From the NCBI GenBank assembly GCA_965248575.1, contig CBDFJQ010000002.1:3232001-3296000 (forward strand): 64,000 nucleotides of DNA, in the 5' to 3' direction. Of the stretch, positions 28,251-38,625 are shown piece by piece. A model generated the notes under the pieces. The model saw nothing but the letters and a program-made list of their open reading frames with translations. It had not been told where the DNA came from and did not search any database. Source of the stretch: Planctomycetota bacterium. Its GTDB lineage: Bacteria; Planctomycetota; B15-G4. The position numbers and the translations under genes were made by a program. Each line of letters opens with the position of its first letter. Positions within the stretch are counted from its first letter, which is position 1.

Positions 28251-30506
28251 CTAGGCCGGTTCAAGGCGGGCATACTCCGCCATGAGTTGCTTCTCCCCGA
28301 AGCGCTCGAACTTGACGGTGATGCGTGCCTTGGCGCCGACCCCGGCCACGGCAACCACGACGCCCTGGCCGAAATGGGCGTGACGCACCCGCTGGCGAAC
28401 ACGCGGAATGTCCACGTCCTGGTAGTCGTCTGCGCTCGGGACGTAGGACACACTCTCCGCCTCGCCCACGCTCTGGGGTGCCTGGTCACTGCCCGAGCTG
28501 CCCCATGCGCTGCCCGAGGAGCCGCCCCAGGAACCGCCCCAGCCACCCGAACCGCCCCCGCGCCCGGCACGGCTGCCGCTGCGCCGGTCGTCCTGCTGGA
28601 TGTGCTCGACCGGCAGTTCATCCAGGAAGCGTGACGGCATGCTGGGCGCCCACTGGCCGTGCAGCACCCGCCGCCCGGCATGGCTCATGACCAGCCGGCG
28701 TTGCGCTCGCGTGATGCCCACGTAGCAGAGGCGACGTTCCTCCTGGACCTCCGCCTCGCTCTCCATGGAGCGCTGGTGCGGCAGCAGTCCTTCTTCCATC
28801 CCCACCATGAACACCACGGGGAACTCCAGACCCTTGGCGGCGTGCAAGGTCATCATGGTGATGCGCTGGGCGCTGCCGTCGTATTGATCGACGTCCGAGA
28901 CCAGGGCCGTCTCCTCGAGGAATCCCGCCACGCTGGCTTCGCTGGCTGCGCGTTCATAGGCCGCAAGGGCCGCCTGCAGTTCGCCCACGTTCTCCAGCCG
29001 GTCGGCACCCTCGGTGCCACCGAAGTCCCGCAGATAGGCTTCGAAAGCGGTGGTGTCGATGATGGCCTGCAGGGTCTCGCCCGGCGTGCCTTCGATGGTG
29101 TGCTGCAGCTCGTCCATCAACTTGCTGAAGGCCAGCAAGGCCTTCTTGGGGCGCGCTGAGAGGGTCGGCACCTCCGCCGCGCGGCGCGCGGCTTCCCGGG
29201 GGCCGATGCCCTGGGGCAATGCCCAGGCACGCAGGCGCTCCAAGGACGTCTTGCCGATGCCGCGGGTCGGGGTGTTCACGATGCGCAGGAAGGACACAGC
29301 GTCCCTGGGGTTGGCCAGCACCTTGAGGTAGGCCAGCAGGTCCTTCACCTCCTTGCGCTCGTAGAACTCCACGGCGCCCACGATCTCGTAGGACACATTG
29401 CGCAAGCGCAGCGCCCGCTCCAGGCCCCGCGAAAGCGCGTTGGTGCGATAGAAGATGGCGATGTCCGAGAGCGGGATACCCTCGTCCTGTGCTTCGTCGA
29501 CCAGACGCACCACGGCGTCGGCCTCGGCCTCCTCGTCGTCGCACGACAGCACCGTGACCTTCTCGCCGTCGCCCAGCTCGCTCCACAGATCGCCCAGCAG
29601 CCGGCCCGAGTTGTTGTCGATGACGGCAGAAGCCGCAGCCAGGATGTGATTCGTGCTGCGGTAGTTCTGGTCCAGGCGCACCACGTGGGCGCCGGGGAAG
29701 TCCCGCTCGAAGTCGAGGATGTTCTGGACCCGCGCGCCGCGCCAGCGATAGATGGACTGGTCCGGGTCACCTGTGGCGCACATGTTTCCGTGCCCCTCGG
29801 CGATGCTGCGCGCGATGCGGTACTGGATCAGGTTCGTGTCCTGATACTCGTCGACGAGCACATGGCGGTAGCGCTGCCGGTACTTGTCGAGGGTCTCCGG
29901 CTGCTTGTCGAAGAGCTCCACGACCTTGAGCAGGAGGTCATCAAAGTCCGCCGCATTGGCCTGGGCCAACGCCTCCACGTAGCGGGCATAGACCCTGGCC
30001 ACCACGCGGTCGAAACTCGACATGGCGTCCGCCTCGGCCTCCTCTGGCTCCATGCAGTCGTTCTTCAGGCGTGAGATGGACCACAGAAGCGCCCGGGGCC
30101 GGAAGCTCTGACTGTCGATCCCGAGCTCCTGGCAGATGTCCCGCACCATCGCGGTCTGATCGTTGGTGTCGTAGATGCTGAAATCCCGCCCCAGCCCGAC
30201 GCCCTCGCCGTCCACGCGCAGCACCCGGGCACAGAAACCGTGGAAGGTGGCCAGGGTCACGCGGCTGTCGCCTACGAGCGTCTGCACACGTTCCCGCATC
30301 TCGCCGGCGGCCTTGTTCGTGAAGGTGATCGCCAGGATCTCCCAAGGCCTGACGCCTCGGTCGATCAGGCTGGCGATGCGGCGGGTGATCACGCGGGTCT
30401 TGCCACTTCCCGCACCAGCCACGATCAGCAGGGGCCCATCGCCATAGGCGACGGCCTCGCTCTGAGGCTCGTTGAGATGGGCGAGGAGATCGTCGCTGCT
30501 GGTCAC
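28251..30506 (-). CDS. pcrA: UvrD/PcrA ATP-dependent DNA helicase
   Basis: AGAGSGKT, ITFTNKAA, VDEYQD, GDPDQSIY, QNYRST, TLHAAKGLEF, EERRLCYVGITRA, C-terminal Tudor-like RVRHAHFG. Confidence 0.95.
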   Translation of the reverse strand: MTSSDDLLAHLNEPQSEAVAYGDGPLLIVAGAGSGKTRVITRRIASLIDRGVRPWEILAITFTNKAAGEMRERVQTLVGDSRVTLATFHGFCARVLRVDGEGVGLGRDFSIYDTNDQTAMVRDICQELGIDSQSFRPRALLWSISRLKNDCMEPEEAEADAMSSFDRVVARVYARYVEALAQANAADFDDLLLKVVELFDKQPETLDKYRQRYRHVLVDEYQDTNLIQYRIARSIAEGHGNMCATGDPDQSIYRWRGARVQNILDFERDFPGAHVVRLDQNYRSTNHILAAASAVIDNNSGRLLGDLWSELGDGEKVTVLSCDDEEAEADAVVRLVDEAQDEGIPLSDIAIFYRTNALSRGLERALRLRNVSYEIVGAVEFYERKEVKDLLAYLKVLANPRDAVSFLRIVNTPTRGIGKTSLERLRAWALPQGIGPREAARRAAEVPTLSARPKKALLAFSKLMDELQHTIEGTPGETLQAIIDTTAFEAYLRDFGGTEGADRLENVGELQAALAAYERAASEASVAGFLEETALVSDVDQYDGSAQRITMMTLHAAKGLEFPVVFMVGMEEGLLPHQRSMESEAEVQEERRLCYVGITRAQRRLVMSHAGRRVLHGQWAPSMPSRFLDELPVEHIQQDDRRSGSRAGRGGGSGGWGGSWGGSSGSAWGSSGSDQAPQSVGEAESVSYVPSADDYQDVDIPRVRQRVRHAHFGQGVVVAVAGVGAKARITVKFERFGEKQLMAEYARLEPA

Positions 30507-30611
30507 GTGATGCGGCTCCGCGGGTGCGGGCGCATCCTCGCATCCTGAAGCTGCCCCGTGCAGCTTTCGGGCACAGCTTTCAGGTGCAGCGAGCCACCTT
30601 GCAAGACAGGC

Positions 30612-31361
30612 TCAGCGGATCAGGATCTCCATGGTGCCGCCTGTCGCAGCGATCCGTGCGGCGGCGACATGCACGTCACCGGCGTTGTCCGTTGACAGGA
30701 CCACAACCGAGACGTGGCCGCTCGTGAGCAGGTGGCCATAGCTGTCCACCAGCTTCTGGAAGGCGTTCAGGTTGACCGTGGCCACGCCGCCCACAGGCAG
30801 CACGGTGGAGACACCCGCCGGAATACCGGAGGGATCAGCCAAGAGCTCCTCGATGGAATCGAGGGTGTCGACGCTGAAGAGAGCCTTCACGCTCACGGCG
30901 TCCACCGGCGATTTGAGGATGGCCTGCAAGGAACCCTCGCCCATGTAGGGCATGTTCAGGGACATGCGGCCTTGGATTGCCAAGCCTTCGTTCAGGACTT
31001 GGACGGGCAAATCCGTGACAGGTCCCGCCGTCATGCTGGGTTCGCCCACGTCGGCGTTGTTCGGGCTCGCGTTCTCGACATAGCTCGTGCCGGTTTCGCC
31101 CAAGAGATCCACAACCAGCTGACCCATGTCGTCGTCGGGGTCGGTCTCCGTGACGCCCAAGCCGATCTGGAGGTCGGTCGGGTCCTCGGAAGAGGACGAT
31201 GAATCCCCATCAGACGGATCGTCGGTGACGGTCGGCAGCCCCCAGTCGTCGTCGGGATCGCCTGCGGAGGCGCCCGTCGCGAGGAAGAGGCAAAGGAAGC
31301 CACAGATCAGCGGACAGAGGATGCTGAAGCCGAAGCGAGGTGAGATGATAAGGGCCTTCAT
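30612..31361 (-). CDS. Secreted hypothetical protein with acidic N-terminus
   Basis: Signal peptide ending ASA; directly downstream of the anti-sigma gene. Confidence 0.7.
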   Translation of the reverse strand: MKALIISPRFGFSILCPLICGFLCLFLATGASAGDPDDDWGLPTVTDDPSDGDSSSSSEDPTDLQIGLGVTETDPDDDMGQLVVDLLGETGTSYVENASPNNADVGEPSMTAGPVTDLPVQVLNEGLAIQGRMSLNMPYMGEGSLQAILKSPVDAVSVKALFSVDTLDSIEELLADPSGIPAGVSTVLPVGGVATVNLNAFQKLVDSYGHLLTSGHVSVVVLSTDNAGDVHVAAARIAATGGTMEILIR

Positions 31362-31373
31362 GATCACGTCCAA

Positions 31374-32486
31374 TCAGGCAGCGAACAGCGCTGGTGCCCT
31401 CGAAGCGAGGGTCTGTTTCATGGTGATGTTCTGGTCGAGCAGTGCCTGGAAGTAGGACTTCCTGGAGAGCAGGTCCCGAATCTGTGGAAGTCGAGCCGGG
31501 AACCGACCGGCGAGGTCGGCAAACGTCTCGACAGACTTTTCAATCTCCCCAGCCTTCGCGTAGTTCACTGCGAGGTTGAGGAAGGATGGGAAGAGCCCCG
31601 CTTCCACATCTCCATCGTTCGAAGCGCTCGAGACGACTTCCTCGTAGCACTCGATGGCACGGCGATAGTCGCCTCCTTCAGCGTGCAAACGCCCAAGCGC
31701 TTGCACGGCTTGCAACTTGAGCAAGGTTGTCCGCCCCTCCAGGTACACCTTGCGAAACTGAATGCGCGCCCGATCGGCCCGGCCGACGGTCGCATGACGG
31801 AAGCCGAGGTACAGCCGGGCTTCGTCGAGTGTGGGGTCCAGGGCGAGAGCTTCCTCGAGGAAGCGCCGCGCACGGGTCAGCGTGGCCGACCCCCGGCGAG
31901 GTGAACCGAAGAGCTGCCGCGAACGACGGAACAACAGACCCGTCCCGCTGCGCTCGCCACCCATGCCATCGAGAGCCTCGGCCTCTTTCAGTTCCCGGCG
32001 AGCCTTGGCTTCCGTGGAACGCATGGGCAACGGCCGGGACGTGTGAGCGACAGACTGACGTCGCTTCTCGCCCAGAGCGCGATTGCCGGCCAGGGCATAG
32101 GCCTTGCCGATCTCATAGAAGAGGCGGGCAAGACTCTGGCGCTTCTCGTCCACCAGATTGCGACTGAGGGACGCGAGCAGCCCCGCAGGGTTCACGAGCC
32201 CCGCCAGACGGCTGTCACTCTCGGACTCGACCTCTCCTTCGGTACCTCCTTCGGCACCGGAGTCGACAGCCGAATGGGCGTTCCGATTCATCTCGGAGAA
32301 CTGGCGCAGGGTCGTCGTGTAGTCGTGGCAACCCGCGCAGCCACCCATGTGCTCCACCAACCGCTGAATCGGACTTTGAACCGAAGCTTCCTGCGATTCG
32401 GCCCCCAACTCGCCGTCCACGTACGCGCTGAGATCCTCGACGTAGTCGGGGCAGGGTTGGGTGTGTGTGTTGATGGGAGCGTTCAT
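31374..32486 (-). CDS. Zinc-finger (zf-HC2/ZAS) anti-sigma factor fused to TPR repeats, no TM helix
   Basis: CPDY..DLSAYVDGEL, HMGGCAGC; TPR-like helices; ATGA overlap with the ECF sigma. Confidence 0.8.
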   Translation of the reverse strand: MNAPINTHTQPCPDYVEDLSAYVDGELGAESQEASVQSPIQRLVEHMGGCAGCHDYTTTLRQFSEMNRNAHSAVDSGAEGGTEGEVESESDSRLAGLVNPAGLLASLSRNLVDEKRQSLARLFYEIGKAYALAGNRALGEKRRQSVAHTSRPLPMRSTEAKARRELKEAEALDGMGGERSGTGLLFRRSRQLFGSPRRGSATLTRARRFLEEALALDPTLDEARLYLGFRHATVGRADRARIQFRKVYLEGRTTLLKLQAVQALGRLHAEGGDYRRAIECYEEVVSSASNDGDVEAGLFPSFLNLAVNYAKAGEIEKSVETFADLAGRFPARLPQIRDLLSRKSYFQALLDQNITMKQTLASRAPALFAA

Positions 32487-33403
32487 GATTTTTGGGTCCC
32501 CAAGACGCGGACCATGGACTGGAAAATCTTCTTCCGAGCGCGACACACGACCATCTTGAAGTTCTCCAGTCGAATGCCTAGCACTTCGGTTGCGTCGCGG
32601 TAACCCATCCCCTGCACCTCCACAAGCTCCAGGGCCAGGCGGTCGCGGTCCTTCAACTCGTGCTCATAGGCATGCAGGTAAAGGGCCAGCATGAGGCCGT
32701 AGACCCGGCGACAGCGGGCAGATGTCTCAGCATCCTCGGAGACCTGCGCGGGGGTTGCGGTGTTCTCATCCTCGAGAACATCCGCGAGCATCGCCGCAGG
32801 AATGCCATCCCGGACCGAGTGCGAAAGGTGCCGATACACCGTGTTGCGAATGATGGAATAGGACCAATTGCGGAAGGCGTTCGGCTTCTCGGCGCGGAAG
32901 CGGGTGGGGTAGCGGTAGATGGCCAGGAAGGCCTCTTGAAGGATGTCGTTGGGGTCGGCGCGGGAGCCGCTCATGCGCATGATGCGCGCCGCGATCATGG
33001 AGAACGGCCGCACGTTCAGTTCGAAGAGCAGGCTGTAGGCCTCGACGCTCTTCAGCTCCCGAAACGCATCCATGAGCGCGTTGTTGAGGGCCTGGACTTC
33101 GCAGCCGGTTCCCTTGAGGACGGCTGCGGCCAGGAGCGGATGGCGGGTGAGTTCGGCCACAGAACGCGCCCGTTCGAGGGTCGCCTCGCTGATGTACTCC
33201 GGCGCGGGCTTGGCACGCTTCTTGGGCTTGGGCTTGGCGGCCGCTGTTGTGGTTTGGGCGGCCGGGCTCGGAGCTGTCGAAGCGGCGGCCTGGCGGGCTT
33301 TCGAGCTGCTGGGGACCGAGGCCTTGGCCAGCTCGGCCGCCTCGCCACCGCTCGTTTCGCCAGGCTCGGACAAAAGCTTCGCCTTCCTGCGTGAGGGCTC
33401 CAC
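32483..33403 (-). CDS. ECF RNA polymerase sigma factor with N-terminal extension
   Basis: DPNDILQEAFL, FRNWSYSIIRN (region 2); GMGYRDATEVLGI..ENFKMVVCRARKKI (region 4). Confidence 0.85.
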   Translation of the reverse strand: MEPSRRKAKLLSEPGETSGGEAAELAKASVPSSSKARQAAASTAPSPAAQTTTAAAKPKPKKRAKPAPEYISEATLERARSVAELTRHPLLAAAVLKGTGCEVQALNNALMDAFRELKSVEAYSLLFELNVRPFSMIAARIMRMSGSRADPNDILQEAFLAIYRYPTRFRAEKPNAFRNWSYSIIRNTVYRHLSHSVRDGIPAAMLADVLEDENTATPAQVSEDAETSARCRRVYGLMLALYLHAYEHELKDRDRLALELVEVQGMGYRDATEVLGIRLENFKMVVCRARKKIFQSMVRVLGTQKS

Positions 33404-33556
33404 ACCGATTCCTGCGCCCCGGGGACTCCAGACCCGACCCGGACCATTCGGTGCCTCGTTTGGTCTGTATCCGGGACGTGACGCCGAGTCACATAAATGA
33501 CACCAGAAATCTCGTCAGAGTGAAATTCCTGGCTCTCTGACCCGGTTTGAAGCAGG

Positions 33557-35383
33557 TTGCTTGTCGTGCGCATCCTGCGACCGGCCCTGCTACTGACCTT
33601 CCTTGTGCTGGTCTTCTCGGCGATCGACCCCGTCTGGCGGATCGATCCTGATGCCGCAGCCTACCTGAGTCTTGGCAAAGCGGTGGCTCAAGGTGAGGGC
33701 TACGTGCTGGGCGGTGAACTGCACGGAAAGTACCCGCCAGGCTGGCCGCTGCTGTTGGCAGGATTGGCGAGACTTGCCGATATCGAGGCCTATGGCCTGT
33801 TCCATGCCGCCTTGGCGGGGGCCTGGCTCGTGGCGGTCCTGCTCGCCTACGCCCTCAGCAAGCGTCTCGGCCTGGAGCCGTGGCCGGCCCTGGCGGTTGC
33901 TGCTTGCGTGGCCCTGTCCCAGACCCTCTTCGAACTCTCCATCCGGTATCTCCGGACCGAACCCTTGTTCCTGGCTCTCAGCCTCGCCGCCTTGCTGTGC
34001 ATGCTGCGGGCCTTCGCGGACTCGCCCGACGCGACGTCGAAACGCCCATGGGGAACGGCCTTGCTAGCCGGTGCTCTGGTCGTGGCCTGCCTGTCCGTGC
34101 GCCTGGCGGGCGTCAGCCTCCTGGCCGTGCCCGCCGTGGCCTTGCTGCGCGGTGCCAGCGGACGTCCCAGCGCAGGCCGACGCACGGCGGCCCTGATCGT
34201 ACTCGCCCTGGGTGCTGCGGGTGTTCTGGGCTGGATGATGTGGGGCCAGCACCTCAGGGACTTGCAGCCAGGCGCTCCGGACTACAGCACGGAGTTCCTG
34301 GCGGCCGCTCCCCGGGACCTCACCAAGGTCGTTCAGACGGATGTACCGCAGCTCGACGCCGGGTCGCTCGGTCGACGCATCCTCGGCAACGTCGGCGTGT
34401 TCGCGCGGGCGAGCGCTGTCCTGCTGACCAACGTCGACAAGGCCGGGGCACGGGCACCCGTGGGCTTCGCCATGCTCGCGGTGGTTCTCTTGGGAGCCGT
34501 GGGACTGCTGCGCAAGTCGGCTGCCGAAACCCACACCCGCAGCCAGGCTGCGGCAACCCCGGGCGGGGCCGTGGACGACCGACGATTCCTTTGCTGCGTC
34601 TACCTCGCAGCAACCCTGGCCCTCTACCTGCTGTGGCCATTCGACCAGCAGGAACGCTTCTATGTTCCACTCCTGCCGCTGCTCCTGATCTGCGTCTTCG
34701 AGGGGGCCCAGTGGGTCGCGCGTCTGCTGGTGGTGTGTGCCCAGAGCCCTGCCCTACGCGTGCTGAGCCTGCTGTTGGGAGGGGCCGCGCTCGCGATCCT
34801 GGCCGCCCAGCGTTCGGACGACCCCAGCGTCCTGGGACGTTGGAGCAAGGCCTACACCCTGCTGCTTCTCGCAGGCGGCACGGGGCTCGTGGGCCTCGCC
34901 TGGTGGATGTTCCGGGGCCGGGATCTGCGCGCTCACCCAGCCCTCTGGCTGCTCGCACCGCTGCTCTTCGCCGTGCCCTTCGGTGCGCTTCGCTTCAGGG
35001 AGTGGCCCGCCCTCGTCCAACGTTTCCAGGAGCGACGGGAGGCCGAGCCTCGCTCGGGCCCGCTGGAGCGTATCGAGGTGCATCCGGTGCTTGAGCAGGT
35101 TGCGGACTACCTGGCCAGCACACCGACCGACACCGTGGTGATGACGGATGTGCCCAAGATGCTGGCATTCATCTCGAACCGGCGCTGCATCCCCTTCGTC
35201 TTCCAGGCTGAGCCCCCCGCGGTGCTTCTCGGTGAAGCCGATGTGCTCTTCTACACGCGGGAGTTGCCCGAAGCCGCCCGCGTTGTCGACGCCGTGTCCC
35301 AGGACTACGAGGCGGTCTTGGAACTGCCCGCCGTGGATGACGGCCAGCGCCTCGTGACGCCCGCGGTGCTGCGCCCCCGCTAG
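33557..35383 (+). CDS. ArnT/PMT (GT39/83)-like membrane glycosyltransferase
   Basis: DPDAAAYLSLGK, KYPPGWPLLL, TEPLF, RFYVP; many TM segments. Confidence 0.7.
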   Translation: MLVVRILRPALLLTFLVLVFSAIDPVWRIDPDAAAYLSLGKAVAQGEGYVLGGELHGKYPPGWPLLLAGLARLADIEAYGLFHAALAGAWLVAVLLAYALSKRLGLEPWPALAVAACVALSQTLFELSIRYLRTEPLFLALSLAALLCMLRAFADSPDATSKRPWGTALLAGALVVACLSVRLAGVSLLAVPAVALLRGASGRPSAGRRTAALIVLALGAAGVLGWMMWGQHLRDLQPGAPDYSTEFLAAAPRDLTKVVQTDVPQLDAGSLGRRILGNVGVFARASAVLLTNVDKAGARAPVGFAMLAVVLLGAVGLLRKSAAETHTRSQAAATPGGAVDDRRFLCCVYLAATLALYLLWPFDQQERFYVPLLPLLLICVFEGAQWVARLLVVCAQSPALRVLSLLLGGAALAILAAQRSDDPSVLGRWSKAYTLLLLAGGTGLVGLAWWMFRGRDLRAHPALWLLAPLLFAVPFGALRFREWPALVQRFQERREAEPRSGPLERIEVHPVLEQVADYLASTPTDTVVMTDVPKMLAFISNRRCIPFVFQAEPPAVLLGEADVLFYTRELPEAARVVDAVSQDYEAVLELPAVDDGQRLVTPAVLRPR

Positions 35384-35403
35384 GCCCAAGGCGAACCTCA
35401 GCC

Positions 35404-35838
35404 TCAATCGTCCCCTGGGGGGCGCCCGCGCATGCGCTTGGTCTGGCTGCGCTGCTTCTTGCCCTCGAGTCGGCGGCGCTGGCTGCCCTTGGTGGGCTTG
35501 GTGGCTCGGCGTGCCTTCTCCACGTGGAGCGCCGTGCGCACCACCTCCGCGAGACGTCGACAGGCTTCATGCCGGTTGTCCAACTGGCTGCGTGAACCAT
35601 CGGCATGCACCACGAGCTCCCCGAGCTTGGTGAGCCGCGGCGCCAGCTTGCGCAACAGCCGCGCGCGCCAGGTGTCGTTGAGCACCGTGCTTTCGGCCAC
35701 GTTCCAGCGCACGCTCACGCGCGTCGAGAGCTTGTTGACGTTCTGCCCACCGGGCCCGCCGGAGCGGCTCACGCTCAACGACAGCTCCGAAGCCGGGATC
35801 AACAACCCGGGCCGCACTTGGAGATCCTCGCCCTCCAT
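35404..35838 (-). CDS. arfB: Alternative ribosome rescue peptidyl-tRNA hydrolase
   Basis: RSGGPGGQNVNK, RSQLDN, basic tail RRATKPTKGSQRRRL. Confidence 0.93.
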   Translation of the reverse strand: MEGEDLQVRPGLLIPASELSLSVSRSGGPGGQNVNKLSTRVSVRWNVAESTVLNDTWRARLLRKLAPRLTKLGELVVHADGSRSQLDNRHEACRRLAEVVRTALHVEKARRATKPTKGSQRRRLEGKKQRSQTKRMRGRPPGDD

Positions 35839-35892
35839 TCTTCAGCCTTCCATGGCTCGATGACTCGTCATGCTTCCGCGGCAGGCCATGGC

Positions 35893-37575
35893 TCAGCGAC
35901 CGGCCGCTGGCTCCGCGTCACCGTCCGGGGCAGCCTGGCTGCGTAACTCACCGCGCCCAGCGGGTTCCATGCTCTGCACAACGTTCTGGTCAAAGAGGCC
36001 GCCCAACGGAAGTTCGAGGATCAGCTCCCCGTACTGCTGGAACAGGTTCATGGAGGCCTCGTTGTACTGCACGGAGAAGAAGGGGCCGCCCTCAGGAGCA
36101 CCGGCGATGACGGCGTCAGCCACCTGGTCCGCGAGTTGCGCCAGGCCGGCGTCCGTGCACTCGCCCAGCGTCAGGAAGAACGTGTCGTCGGCCTGCCAGT
36201 AACGGCCGCTGGGGACGAGGCCGGAGTCGTGGGCTTCGACATCCCAGAGTTCTGGAGCGGAGTCGAGGCTGTCCAGTTTGAGGGTGCGCGCGAACAACTG
36301 GAGCACTTCGGCGGCCCCATCGATGTCCAGCTCCCGATCGGGCTGCACCGCGAAGGCGAGGGCGCCGGCACCCTCTTCCAAACCCACCACCACCGTGCCT
36401 TCGCAGGGCGTGAACAACTCCGCGATGCGAGCCATGAGACGCTCGGCGGGCTCTCCTTCACCCATGGTCAACTCCACGAGCGGGCGTGCCCATTCGGAGA
36501 CGGCGCTGGGGAAGAGCTGGGGGTCGAAGGCGAACACCGTGGCCTCGCGTCGGGCGCGCGCCGGGCGCGTCGCCGTGAGCACACGCGAGAGCGCGCTGCC
36601 ATCGGCCCACGCCGTGCGCAGTTCCATGTTCGAAGCGTCGGCCCAGCCCTCGTCGTCGAAACCCGGACCCGCAGCAGACTCGCCGTCGCCCACCGCACTC
36701 AGCGCGGACATCAGGCGCTCACCGCCTTGGGGAATGTCCAACATCAATTGGAAGCCCTCAACGTCCTTCAGCGACAGCATCTCGAGCAGGCTCCAGATGG
36801 CGGGGCCGGGGATGGGCAAGCCGCCGACCTGTCCCGAGTCTCCGTCGTTGGCCATGGCGGCCAACATCGCGCCCATGCCTGCCATCTGGACACCCAGGAG
36901 CATGCTTCGCGCCTGGTTCACGGCCCCTTCGATCTCTTCCTTGTAGGCGAGCTGGATCCGGGAGGCGTGCACGCTCAGGACCATTGGCGCCTTGTCCTGA
37001 CCCAGGCCTGGCACCTCTCCCAAGACCTGCTTGGCCACCACACCGGCCTCATAGGACGGGGCCAAGATGGCGTAGCCCTGGTCGATCACCAGACCCGTCT
37101 CCCACTCTGCGGGGACGGGTTCCGAAGCTGCCGCCAGCATCTCACCCACCGACGGGGGTCCAGAGATACCCCGCCGGGCAATGTTCAGCACCTGCAGGAA
37201 GGGATGGCTCGAGGGGAGGCTGAACCCCCAACGATCCTCGCCTACCTCCCGCACCGCCGCACTGTTGGTGAGCGAGTCGCGGAAAGCCTGCTCGTCGACC
37301 AACGGCAAGAGCAGGGTGAACTCGTGGCCGAACACGAGCTTGTCGAGGATCAGGATCGTGAGAGATGCCTCCTCCGAGAGCCCGGCCGGTCGCCAGGACA
37401 CCGTGCTCTCGAAGGCCTGCGCCACGGACTCGGCCGGCGCGGAGACGGCCAGGTACGCCAGGACTCCGGGCGCCTTCACATGCAATGGCCAGGATTCGCC
37501 TGTCGCTTCCGGCTCGGAAGAACCGCAGGCGAAGCAGGACGCGAAGAGGCCTGTGAGTAGGATGAGCGTTCTCAT
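35893..37575 (-). CDS. Hypothetical lipoprotein
   Basis: MRTLILL...CFAC lipobox; 560-aa ORF. Confidence 0.7.
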   Translation of the reverse strand: MRTLILLTGLFASCFACGSSEPEATGESWPLHVKAPGVLAYLAVSAPAESVAQAFESTVSWRPAGLSEEASLTILILDKLVFGHEFTLLLPLVDEQAFRDSLTNSAAVREVGEDRWGFSLPSSHPFLQVLNIARRGISGPPSVGEMLAAASEPVPAEWETGLVIDQGYAILAPSYEAGVVAKQVLGEVPGLGQDKAPMVLSVHASRIQLAYKEEIEGAVNQARSMLLGVQMAGMGAMLAAMANDGDSGQVGGLPIPGPAIWSLLEMLSLKDVEGFQLMLDIPQGGERLMSALSAVGDGESAAGPGFDDEGWADASNMELRTAWADGSALSRVLTATRPARARREATVFAFDPQLFPSAVSEWARPLVELTMGEGEPAERLMARIAELFTPCEGTVVVGLEEGAGALAFAVQPDRELDIDGAAEVLQLFARTLKLDSLDSAPELWDVEAHDSGLVPSGRYWQADDTFFLTLGECTDAGLAQLADQVADAVIAGAPEGGPFFSVQYNEASMNLFQQYGELILELPLGGLFDQNVVQSMEPAGRGELRSQAAPDGDAEPAAGR

Positions 37576-37626
37576 GCATCGCATCGTAGCCCCTTCCGCT
37601 CGTCGTTCCCTTCGTGAACGTATGTC

Positions 37627-38580
37627 ATGCCTGCGTTGAATCGCGAGGCACGAGAGTCCCTTCGACGGCTCTTCTTGGCCGAGGGATTCGCTCACGTGGG
37701 CTTCAGCAGCGCTGAGCCCGTCCCTGACCATGTCAGCCCATGGGTCGCCGCCGGGCGGCACGGGGCCCTCGAATGGATGGCCCGGGAGCCCGGGCAGCGG
37801 ACCGACCCGGGACAACTACTGCCCGGCGCGCGGAGCGTAATCTGCGTCGCCGCGAACTATCCCGCCACCGACGCCCGGGAGTCCATCGCGGGCTTCGCCC
37901 AGGGAGAGGACTACCACCGAACCCTGACAGCGGCCCTGAAGCGCGCCGCAGCGGCACTCCAGCAGCAGCACCCCGAGGCGCGCACCAAGGTTTGCGTCGA
38001 CACCTCCCCGCTGCTCGAACGCGCCTTCGCCGCTCGGGCGGGCCTGGGCTGGGTCGGGCGCAACACCATGCTGCTCAACGAGCGCCATGGGCCCTGGATG
38101 CTCTTGGGCGAAGTCCTGACAAGCCTGGAGATCGAAGCCGACGCCCCCGCCGTGGATCGCTGCGGCACGTGCACGGCCTGCGTCGACGCCTGTCCCACCG
38201 AAGCACTGCTGCCCGACCGCATCCTCGACACCCAGAAGTGCCTGTCCTATTGGACGATCGAGCATCGTGGGCCGCTCCCGGCCCCGCGGGCCGAGCAGCT
38301 CGGGCACCGTGCCTTCGGCTGTGACGACTGCCTGTCAGCCTGCCCCTTCCCGGCCAGCGCCGCCTCGACTCCCCATGCCGCCAGCCCGGGTGCCGGGGAC
38401 AGCCCAGGCCCCTTCCAGCCCCGCCCCGACCTGCACGGGATCCGCCTCGATGAGCTGGTGAGCCGCTCCGAGCAGTCGTTCAAGCGGCACTTTGGAAGCA
38501 CGCCTCTGGAGCGAGCCCGGAAAGGTGGCCTGCTGCGCAACATTGCAGCCTGTCGAGCGGTGCAGGCGAAGGACCTGTAG
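37627..38580 (+). CDS. queG: tRNA epoxyqueuosine reductase
   Basis: GEDYH, VDTSPLLER, AGLGWVGRN, CGTCTACVDACPT, CLSYWTIE, FGCDDC. Confidence 0.92.
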   Translation: MPALNREARESLRRLFLAEGFAHVGFSSAEPVPDHVSPWVAAGRHGALEWMAREPGQRTDPGQLLPGARSVICVAANYPATDARESIAGFAQGEDYHRTLTAALKRAAAALQQQHPEARTKVCVDTSPLLERAFAARAGLGWVGRNTMLLNERHGPWMLLGEVLTSLEIEADAPAVDRCGTCTACVDACPTEALLPDRILDTQKCLSYWTIEHRGPLPAPRAEQLGHRAFGCDDCLSACPFPASAASTPHAASPGAGDSPGPFQPRPDLHGIRLDELVSRSEQSFKRHFGSTPLERARKGGLLRNIAACRAVQAKDL

Positions 38581-38625
38581 AATGCCCGGCCCTCCGTTCC
38601 CCTTGAACCACAACGCTACGCCCCG

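Noticed and set aside
33404..33556. ECF autoregulatory promoter
   Set aside because: AT-rich with small palindromes, but no convincing -35/-10 pair at the correct spacing
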